The notes below the pieces were generated by a model. That model saw only the letters and a list, made by a program, of their open reading frames with translations, had not been told where the DNA came from and did no database searches. Positions 11,684 to 18,848 of a DNA stretch of 64,000 bases are shown here, one piece after another. Origin of the DNA: an uncultured Pseudomonadota bacterium (GTDB taxonomy: Bacteria; Pseudomonadota; Alphaproteobacteria; JACZXZ01). A program made the position numbers and the translations under genes. Each line of letters starts with the position of its first letter. Within the stretch, counting starts at the first letter, position 1. The DNA lies in NCBI GenBank assembly GCA_963749075.1, contig CAVVLJ010000016.1, forward strand, positions 992,001 to 1,056,000, written 5' to 3'.

Positions 11684-12088
11684 ATGATCGGCAGGCTCAA
11701 TCACGTGGCGATCGCGGTGCCCGATCTCGCGGCGGCGGCAGCACTCTACCGGGACACCCTCGGCGCCAAGGTCTCGCCGCCCGTCGACATGCCGGCCCAT
11801 GGCGTGACGACCGTCTTCGTCGAGCTCGCCAACAGCAAGATCGAGCTTCTCCATCCGCTCGGCGACGGCTCTCCCATCGCCGCCTTCCTTGCGCGCAACC
11901 CGGCGGGCGGCATCCACCACGTGTGCTACGAGGTGCCGGACATCCGCGCGGCGAGGGACCGGCTCAAGGCCGCCGGCCTGCGCGTGCTCGGCGACGGCGA
12001 GCCGCGCACCGGTGCCCACGACAAGGCGGTGCTCTTCCTCCATCCCAAGGACTTCTGCGGCACCCTCGTCGAGCTCGAAGAGGTCTAG
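11684..12088 (+). CDS. mce: Methylmalonyl-CoA epimerase
   Basis: LNHVAIAVPD, IELLHP, GGIHHVCYEV, FLHPKD, LVELEE motifs; SD GGAGG upstream. Confidence 0.95.
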   Translation: MIGRLNHVAIAVPDLAAAAALYRDTLGAKVSPPVDMPAHGVTTVFVELANSKIELLHPLGDGSPIAAFLARNPAGGIHHVCYEVPDIRAARDRLKAAGLRVLGDGEPRTGAHDKAVLFLHPKDFCGTLVELEEV

Positions 12089-12097
12089 GCGCTGGCG

Positions 12098-12335
12098 ATG
12101 AACTGGTTCGAGAGCCTCGTCGCCTTCATCGTCATCTGGTGGCTGGTCCTCTTCATGGTGCTGCCATGGGGCGTGCGCATCCCGGACAAGGCCGAGCCCG
12201 GCCATGCCACGAGCGCCCCCGTGCGGCCCAGGCTGTGGCTCAAGGTGGCTGGTGACGAGCGGTATCGCCGCCGTGCTCTGGGTCATCGTCTTCCTGATCG
12301 CCTCGAGCAACCTCATCACCTTCCGGAACGGCTGA
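12098..12335 (+). CDS. DUF1467 family small membrane protein with apparent +1 frameshift at 12247-12248
   Basis: IWWLVLFMVLPWGVR...SAP motif; removing one G gives a second TM helix (VLVTSGIAAVLWVIVFLIA) and a TGA at 12333-12335 just before the next ATG. Confidence 0.8.
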
Positions 12336-12336
12336 C

Positions 12337-12876
12337 ATGGGCTCCCACTACTGCGACGTAGCCCCGGGCCATCCCTGGCACGGCGCCTACCACGACGACG
12401 AATACGGCTTTCCGCTGGCCGACGAGGCGGGGCTCTTCGAGCGCCTCGTGCTCGAGATCAACCAGGCGGGCCTGAGCTGGCTCACCATGCTGACCAAGCG
12501 CGAGGCCTTCCGCCGCGCCTACCGCGGCTTCGCGGTCGACCGCGTCGCCCGCTTCGGCGCGCGCGACGAGGCGCGCCTGCTCGCCGATGCCGGCATCGTG
12601 CGCAACCGGCTCAAGATCGCGGCCGCGATCGAGAACGCCAAGCGCATCCGGCGCCTGCGCGCGAGCCACGGCTCGCTCGCCGACTGGCTCGCCGCTCACC
12701 ATCCGCGCGACAAGGCCGCCTGGGTCAAGCTCTTCAAGGAAACCTTCGTCTTCACCGGCGGCGAGATCACCGGCGAGTTCCTCATGTCGATCGGCTATCT
12801 CAAGGGCGCCCACCGGGAGGACTGCCCGGTCTTCGAGCGCATCGCCAAGCTATCGCCGCCCTGGATGCAGGCCTAG
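12337..12876 (+). CDS. tag: DNA-3-methyladenine glycosylase I
   Basis: YHDDEYG, LEINQAGLSW, GIVRNRLKI motifs and terminal H-x3-C zinc ligands. Confidence 0.92.
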   Translation: MGSHYCDVAPGHPWHGAYHDDEYGFPLADEAGLFERLVLEINQAGLSWLTMLTKREAFRRAYRGFAVDRVARFGARDEARLLADAGIVRNRLKIAAAIENAKRIRRLRASHGSLADWLAAHHPRDKAAWVKLFKETFVFTGGEITGEFLMSIGYLKGAHREDCPVFERIAKLSPPWMQA

Positions 12877-12902
12877 CGGAGCGCGCGCGCCTCGCTCTGC
12901 GC

Positions 12903-12936
12903 AAAAAGAAAGGCAAGCACCCCGGAGGGGCTTGCC
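12903..12936 (-). terminator. Intrinsic terminator
   Basis: Minus strand reads GGCAAGC-CCC-TCCG-GGG-T-GCTTGCC followed by TTTCTTTTT. Confidence 0.85.
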
Positions 12937-13096
12937 GTTCCGCGTCGCTGGGCAGTGCTGAAAAATCTTGTTTCGATTTTAGCGAGCAGCTTCCCTCTGC
13001 GACGAGAAGTTCTTTCTCCCTACACTTAGGGCCGCCCGACTGGAGCAAGCCCCTTTTTCGCCGCTTCGGCCCGCTGCTCCGGACACCGACGCGGCG
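12903..13096 (-). ncRNA. Candidate small RNA of about 190 nt; 3' end resembles my recollection of the alphaproteobacterial sRNA near proS (possibly BjrC1505 family)
   Basis: Strong minus-strand terminator with no credible minus-strand CDS upstream; sigma70-like TTGCAA-N17-CAATAT at 13131-13103; family assignment unverified. Confidence 0.55.
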
Positions 13097-13102
13097 CCCA
13101 CC

Positions 13103-13131
13103 ATATTGCGCGAGGCCAGACAGGATTGCAA
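13103..13131 (-). promoter_or_regulatory. Putative sigma70 promoter of the candidate sRNA
   Basis: TTGCAA (13131-13126), 17-nt spacer, CAATAT (13108-13103). Confidence 0.4.
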
Positions 13132-13180
13132 TAGAAAACGGCAAAAAACGCCCGGGATTGCCGAGATTTTCGGCAAATTC

Positions 13181-13261
13181 TGCTGCAATGCGGAAGCTCT
13201 TCAGCGGAGCGGGCGTAGGCGTTTCGGCACGGCCTGCCCTTGTTTATGTTGCAGTGCAGCA
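13181..13261. promoter_or_regulatory. Two PhaR-like operator boxes
   Basis: TGCAGTGCAGCA at 13250-13261 fits TGCRNYGCASMA; a one-mismatch copy lies on the minus strand at 13181-13192. Confidence 0.5.
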
Positions 13262-13322
13262 TCATCTATCCAAGGCACGGGCGGGGGCCGTTCCTCCCCG
13301 GCACATTGGCATATGAGGGAGC

Positions 13323-13946
13323 ATGTCCTCCGATTTACCGGCAGCGCCCGATGACGGCGGGCGCTTGATCTACCGCAGGATATGGCCGCGGGAGCGCGCC
13401 TTGGTGAAGGCGCATCTCCTGCGTCTCGACGAGGAAAGCCGCCGGCGGCGGTTCTTCGGCCATGTCTCGGACCTCGTCGTCGAGAGCTATTGCGAGCAGG
13501 TCGTTTCCACCGGCTATCCCATCCTGGGCTGCTTCGCAGCAGGCGTGCTGCGCGCGATAGCTGAGCTGCGCACGTTCGGGGCGGCCGGCGCGCGCAAGGC
13601 CGAGCTCGCGGTCTCCGTGGAGCGGCCGTTCCAGGGCCGCGGCATCGGCGCCGAGCTTGTCCGCGAGGTGATCGTCCTGGCGCGCAACCGCTCGGTGCGC
13701 GTGCTGCACATGTCCTGCCTGCGCGAGAATGGCCCGATGCAACTCATCGCGCGCAAGCTCGGCGGCACGCTCGAGTTCCGCGAAGGTGAGGTGGCGGCCC
13801 GCATCAATCCCCCGTGGCCGACCTATTGGTCGCTCATGGAGGAGGCCTTCTCGGAGGGGCGCGCGGTCATGCATACGCTCGAGCTTGCGCAACACGGCGC
13901 AGCATCGGAGCGCGATGGAGAAGGCCGAAGCGTCGCGGCCGACTGA
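13323..13946 (+). CDS. GNAT family N-acetyltransferase
   Basis: Acetyl-CoA motif A (ELAVSVERPFQGRGIG), ENGPM motif and N-terminal SRRRRFFG; SD upstream. Confidence 0.88.
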   Translation: MSSDLPAAPDDGGRLIYRRIWPRERALVKAHLLRLDEESRRRRFFGHVSDLVVESYCEQVVSTGYPILGCFAAGVLRAIAELRTFGAAGARKAELAVSVERPFQGRGIGAELVREVIVLARNRSVRVLHMSCLRENGPMQLIARKLGGTLEFREGEVAARINPPWPTYWSLMEEAFSEGRAVMHTLELAQHGAASERDGEGRSVAAD

Positions 13947-14027
13947 GCAACGGCGGCGGCGGGCCGCCGCGGCAGAAGCCGGCGATGCCGTTGCGCGCCG
14001 CATCGGCTTTCCCTGTCCCGCCCGGGC

Positions 14028-14285
14028 TCAGCGGCCGCGGAGTGCTGCGACCGCCTTTGCCTTTTCCTCCCTCGACAGGCGGGAGTCGCCGAGGATCATG
14101 GCGATCTTGCCTTCGATAAAGGCGCGCTCGGCCGCGCGGTCGCGCGGCACCTTGCGGCTGATCCGCGCGAATTCCTCGCGCATGTCCGTCGCCGGTACGC
14201 GTTCCCCGCTCCGGGGATCGATCACGTCCATCGGCGTTCCGCCCGGCGGCTCCGGCGGCGTGGCCGGCCTCGATGTGCGAGCCAT
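14028..14285 (-). CDS. Hypothetical 85-aa helical protein, paralogous to the N-terminal segment of the upstream 313-aa protein
   Basis: GGAG 7 nt before ATG at 14285; 17/52 ungapped identity to residues 23-74 of 14316..15257. Confidence 0.75.
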   Translation of the reverse strand: MARTSRPATPPEPPGGTPMDVIDPRSGERVPATDMREEFARISRKVPRDRAAERAFIEGKIAMILGDSRLSREEKAKAVAALRGR

Positions 14286-14315
14286 CGTCTTTCTCCGCAG
14301 TCTCATCGGCAACAC

Positions 14316-15257
14316 TCAGCTGTTCACCGCCCACGTATAGTTGGCATCGAGGAAGAGCAATTTGAAGCCCTTGTTGTCGGTACGCACATAGCTGTCGGCG
14401 GGGCCGGGCAAGTGCCAGCTGCCCCAGTTGCCGTTCTGATCCATGCTGATCAGCTGGGTGTTGATGGCACCCATGGCGCCCGTGCCTTGATAAGCATTCT
14501 GGAACGTTTCGACGATCGGCCCCCAACTCCCCACCCAGCCTGTTTGCTGCTGGGCGACCGTGGCCGTGTAGCCGTATTGGTAGACCAAGTCCCAGCGATT
14601 GGCGGCGTGATTCCAAAGGAACACCTGATTGTACCAATAACCGGACTGGCTCGCGACCGTCGCATTGTAGATCGACAAGGTCTGGTACGGATGTCCGTGG
14701 GCGGAGGTTGTCTGGAGATAGTTGCCGAGATTGCCGAACGGTATGTTCGTCTGCCACGGGGCATTGGGATAGCGGGCCCAATCGAACACCTTGAAGAAGG
14801 TGCTGTTCTGGCCGTTGTAGGCGACAAAGGCCTCGACGCCCATGGCGGAGCGGTTGGTGGCGGTGAGATAGAGGAAGGTATTGACGTTGCCGCCCGGTGG
14901 ATTGGGGCAAATCACCGGAAAATAGATTGCCGTCCCGAGGCCGAATGCAGTCTTGAATGGGCTATTGTAGAAGATGCCGTAGCCCACTCCGCCTGGCACC
15001 GGCCCTTGCGGCTTGGCGCCCTTCGGGAGTGCGAGACGGGCGCTCAATTCGGCGTGCGCAGCATCTCGCTCGGCGAGCGCCAGTGTCGGATGGGTATGAA
15101 GAATATGAAGCTTGCTCGCAAGGAATGCCGCCTCGAACTCCGGCTGGCGCGGGCTCCGCCCCGTCATCTCGGCAAAACTCTCTCTCGCGTCGCCCACCTC
15201 CAAGCCGCCCTGCGGCCCAGCCACGGGAAGCGCCAGCGCGATTGAGCTTTCAGCCAT
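14316..15257 (-). CDS. Hypothetical 313-aa protein: helical N-terminal segment, Pro/Gly linker and aromatic beta-rich domain with two Glu (neprosin-like peptidase or clan GH-C-like hydrolase candidate)
   Basis: GGGAGG SD 7 nt before ATG at 15257; Trp/Tyr/Asn/Gln/Thr-rich composition unlike shadow ORFs; A/T-richer than flanks. Confidence 0.85.
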   Translation of the reverse strand: MAESSIALALPVAGPQGGLEVGDARESFAEMTGRSPRQPEFEAAFLASKLHILHTHPTLALAERDAAHAELSARLALPKGAKPQGPVPGGVGYGIFYNSPFKTAFGLGTAIYFPVICPNPPGGNVNTFLYLTATNRSAMGVEAFVAYNGQNSTFFKVFDWARYPNAPWQTNIPFGNLGNYLQTTSAHGHPYQTLSIYNATVASQSGYWYNQVFLWNHAANRWDLVYQYGYTATVAQQQTGWVGSWGPIVETFQNAYQGTGAMGAINTQLISMDQNGNWGSWHLPGPADSYVRTDNKGFKLLFLDANYTWAVNS

Positions 15258-15503
15258 GGATATGCCTCCCAATGTTGGTCGCCGCCACCCTGCCCGGTCG
15301 CGTCGGGCGGCAACCCAACTAGTGGAAATTATGGACGTTATACCACCGATTGGAGATCGAGAGGCGGAGATTCTCAAAATCGGGCTGTAACGTGCGCGCG
15401 TTTCTCGAAATGCTTGCAGCAGTGCCAGAGCCGGCGCCATTGCCATCCCAGAGGCCATTGCCTACAGTCCGGCCCGACCAAGAGCCAGGAGTGCTAGCCT
15501 GCC

Positions 15504-16820
15504 ATGCGCCTTTCCGCCTACTTCATGCCGACGCTCAAGGAGAACCCGGCCGAGGCGCAGATCGTCTCGCACCGCTACATGCTGCGCGCCGGCATGATCC
15601 GCCAGGCGAGCGCCGGCATCTACAGCTGGCTGCCCCTCGGCTTCCGCGTGCTCAAGCGCATCGAGCAGATCGTGCGCGAGGAGCAGGACCGCGCCGGCTG
15701 CCAGGAGCTCCTCATGCCGACGATCCAGTCGGCCGACCTCTGGAAGGAGTCCGGCCGCTACGAGGACTACGGCAAGGAGATGCTGCGCATCCAGGACCGC
15801 CACGAGCGCGAGATGCTCTACGGCCCGACCAACGAGGAGCTCATCACCGAGATCTTCCGCGCCTCGGTCAAGAGCTACCGCGAGGTGCCGAAGCTCCTCT
15901 ACCACATCCAGTGGAAGTTCCGCGACGAGGTGCGGCCGCGCTTCGGCGTCATGCGCGGGCGCGAGTTCCTCATGAAGGACGCCTATTCCTTCGACCTCGA
16001 CTTCGCCGGCGCCCAGCGCGCCTACAACAAGATGTTCGTCGCCTACCTGCGCACCTTCGCGCGCATGGGCCTCAAGGCCATCCCCATGGCGGCCGAGAGC
16101 GGCCCCATCGGCGGCGACATGAGCCACGAGTTCATCATCCTGGCGGACACCGGCGAGAGCAAGGTCTTCTGCCACCGCGACTTCGTCGAGTTCGACGTGC
16201 TCGGCAGCGACTTGAGCTCCGGGGACGACCTGGCACCCGTCGTCGACCATTGGACGAGCCTCTACGCCGCGACCGACGACAAGCACGACCCCGAGGCCTT
16301 CGCCGCCATCGCTCCGGAGAAGCGCATCGAGGCGCGCGGCATCGAGGTCGGGCACATCTTCTATTTCGGCACCAAGTACTCGGCGCCGCTCAGGGCCTAC
16401 GTGGCCGACGCCAAGGGCGCACCGCACGCCGTGCACATGGGCTCCTACGGCATCGGCGTCTCGCGCCTGGTCGGCGCCATCATCGAGGCGAGCCACGATG
16501 AGAGCGGCATCATCTGGCCGGAGCCGGTATCACCCTTCAAGGTCGGCCTGATCAACCTGCGCGCGGGCGATGCGGCCTGCAGCGAGGCGTGCGACGCCAT
16601 CTATGCCAGGCTGGCCGCAGCCGGGGTCGAGGCGCTCTACGACGACCGCGAGGAGAGTGCGGGCGCCAAGTTCGCCGAGATGGACCTCATCGGGCTGCCC
16701 TGGCAGCTCGTTATAGGGCCGCGCGGCCTCAAGGGGGGCACCGTCGAGCTCAAGGCGCGCAAGAGCGGCGAGCGCCACGAGCTCTCCCTCGAGAGTGCGC
16801 TCGAGCGCCTCTGCGGCTAG
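15504..16820 (+). CDS. proS: Proline--tRNA ligase (short form without editing domain)
   Basis: [48 protein letters not shown] motifs. Confidence 0.98.
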   Translation: MRLSAYFMPTLKENPAEAQIVSHRYMLRAGMIRQASAGIYSWLPLGFRVLKRIEQIVREEQDRAGCQELLMPTIQSADLWKESGRYEDYGKEMLRIQDRHEREMLYGPTNEELITEIFRASVKSYREVPKLLYHIQWKFRDEVRPRFGVMRGREFLMKDAYSFDLDFAGAQRAYNKMFVAYLRTFARMGLKAIPMAAESGPIGGDMSHEFIILADTGESKVFCHRDFVEFDVLGSDLSSGDDLAPVVDHWTSLYAATDDKHDPEAFAAIAPEKRIEARGIEVGHIFYFGTKYSAPLRAYVADAKGAPHAVHMGSYGIGVSRLVGAIIEASHDESGIIWPEPVSPFKVGLINLRAGDAACSEACDAIYARLAAAGVEALYDDREESAGAKFAEMDLIGLPWQLVIGPRGLKGGTVELKARKSGERHELSLESALERLCG

Positions 16821-16830
16821 GCGCCGGGAG

Positions 16831-18075
16831 ATGATCTTCTCGCCCTTCGAGCGCATGGTGGCGATGCGCTATCTGCGCGCGCGGCGCCAGGAGGGCTTCA
16901 TCTCCGTGGTCTCGTGGTTCTCGCTCATCGGCATCCTCCTCGGCGTGATGGCGCTCATCATCACGCTCGCCATCTTCAACGGCTTCCGCCAGCAGCTCAT
17001 CGAGCGCATCCTCGGGCTCAACGGCCACATCTCGGTGCAGGACGTGAGCGGCGCCATTCTGAACTACGACCAGGTGGCGGCCGCCGTCCGCGCCGTGCCG
17101 GGGGTGGCGAGCGTGACGCCGCAGATCGACAGCCAGGCGATCGTCACGGCGGGCGGCAACTCGCTCGGCGCCGTGGTGCGCGGCATCAAGCCCGACGGCC
17201 TCAAGAAGCTCGCCCTCGTCGCCGACAAGCTGGTCGGCGGCTCGCTCGACGATTTCGCCGACGACGGCGTGGCGATCGGCTACCGCCTGGCCGCCCGCCT
17301 TGGCATCACGGTCGGCGGCCGGCTCTCGCTCATCACGCCCGAGGGGGCGGTGACCGCCTTCGGCACCATCCCGCGCATCAAGACCTACCACGTGGCCGCC
17401 GTCTTCAACGTCGGCATGTTCGAATACGACAGCGGCTACATGTATATGCCGCTCGCCGCGGCGCAGCTCTATTTCAAGCTGCCCAACGAGGTGAACGAGC
17501 TCGAGGTGCGCATCGACGATCCGGAGCGCGCACCCGCCATGGCGGGTCCCGTCCAGCTCGCCGCCGGACCGGGCCTCCACGCCATCCCCTGGCAGCAGGT
17601 CAATGCGAGCTACTTCAATTTCGTGGCATTGCAGCGCAACCTCTACGCCATCGTGGTGACCCTCATCATCGTGGTCGCCGCCTTCAACATCATCTCCGGC
17701 CTGATCATGCTGGTGAAGGACAAGGCGCGCGGCATCGCCATCCTGCGCACCATCGGCGCCACTCGCGCCATGATCATGCGCATCTTCTTCATGACCGGCA
17801 TGAGCATCGGCGTCGTCGGCACCGCGAGCGGCCTCGTCCTCGCCCTCCTCTTCTGCCACAACCTCGAGAGCATCCATCAGTGGCTGCAGCGCAACACCGG
17901 CCAGAACCTCTTCCCCGCTGAGTTCTTCTATCTGACCCAGCTCCCCGCCGTGGTCGATCCCAAGGAGGTGGTGCTCGTCGTGCTCATGAGCCTCGGCCTC
18001 ACCTTTCTCGCCAGCATCTATCCGGCGTGGCGCGCCGCACGCCTCGATCCTGTGGAGGCGCTGCGCTATGAGTGA
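16831..18075 (+). CDS. lolC: Lipoprotein-releasing ABC transporter permease (LolC/E)
   Basis: [49 protein letters not shown] motifs. Confidence 0.93.
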   Translation: MIFSPFERMVAMRYLRARRQEGFISVVSWFSLIGILLGVMALIITLAIFNGFRQQLIERILGLNGHISVQDVSGAILNYDQVAAAVRAVPGVASVTPQIDSQAIVTAGGNSLGAVVRGIKPDGLKKLALVADKLVGGSLDDFADDGVAIGYRLAARLGITVGGRLSLITPEGAVTAFGTIPRIKTYHVAAVFNVGMFEYDSGYMYMPLAAAQLYFKLPNEVNELEVRIDDPERAPAMAGPVQLAAGPGLHAIPWQQVNASYFNFVALQRNLYAIVVTLIIVVAAFNIISGLIMLVKDKARGIAILRTIGATRAMIMRIFFMTGMSIGVVGTASGLVLALLFCHNLESIHQWLQRNTGQNLFPAEFFYLTQLPAVVDPKEVVLVVLMSLGLTFLASIYPAWRAARLDPVEALRYE

Positions 18076-18778
18076 GGCGGCCCCGGCAAGCGCCGCCGCG
18101 ACGGCCCCGGCGCTCGCCCTCGTCGAGGTGGTGCGCACCTATCGCCAGGGCAGCGAGGCGGTCGAAGTGCTGCGCGGTGTCACGCTCGCGGTTTCCGCGG
18201 GCGAGGCCGTGGCGCTCGTCGGCCCCTCGGGCGCCGGCAAGTCGACCCTCCTCCATATAGCAGGCCTCCTCGAGCGGCCGGACCGCGGCGAGGTGATGAT
18301 CGAGGGGGCCGCCTGCGGCCGGCTCGGCGACGACGAGCGCACCCGCTTGCGGCGCACGCAGCTTGGCTTCGTCTATCAGTTCCACCACCTGCTGCCCGAA
18401 TTCTCGGCGCTCGAGAACGTCATGCTGCCCCAGATGATCGCGGGCCTCTCGCGCGAGGTGGCGCGGGAGCGCGGACGCCAGCTCCTCGCCATGGTCGGCC
18501 TGCTGCCGCGCGAGAGCCACCGCCCGGCGCGGCTCTCGGGCGGCGAGCAGCAGCGCGTCGCCATCATGCGCGCCGTCGCCAACGTGCCGCGCGTGCTCCT
18601 GGCCGACGAGCCGACCGGCAACCTCGACCAGACGACCGCCGACGGCGTGTTCGGCCAGCTCCTCAGCCTCGTCCGCCGCACCGGGCTCGCCGCCCTCGTG
18701 GCCACCCACAACCGCGAGCTCGCGCGCCGCATGGACCGTGTCGTCGAGCTCAGGAACGGCGTGCTCGTCGCGGCCTGA
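18068..18778 (+). CDS. lolD: Lipoprotein-releasing ABC transporter ATP-binding protein
   Basis: Walker [36 protein letters not shown]. Confidence 0.95.
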   Translation: MSEAAPASAAATAPALALVEVVRTYRQGSEAVEVLRGVTLAVSAGEAVALVGPSGAGKSTLLHIAGLLERPDRGEVMIEGAACGRLGDDERTRLRRTQLGFVYQFHHLLPEFSALENVMLPQMIAGLSREVARERGRQLLAMVGLLPRESHRPARLSGGEQQRVAIMRAVANVPRVLLADEPTGNLDQTTADGVFGQLLSLVRRTGLAALVATHNRELARRMDRVVELRNGVLVAA

Positions 18779-18848
18779 CGGCCGGTTTTCCACAAGATGT
18801 GGACAGAATATCTCCCGGCAGCCGCAACATGCTGGTATCCTGGCCGCC

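Noticed and set aside
13008-13060. Plus-strand TTTCTCCCTACACTTAGGGCCGCC resembling the suhB/MmgR sRNA core
   Set aside because: The TTTCCTCCC anti-SD is imperfect and the following hairpin is weak; the stronger promoter and terminator are on the minus strand. An Rfam scan would settle it.
15258-15458. 67-aa N-terminal extension of the 380-aa ORF call
   Set aside because: A strong GGGAGG SD precedes the ATG at 15257; the extension looks like A/T-rich promoter DNA shared with proS.
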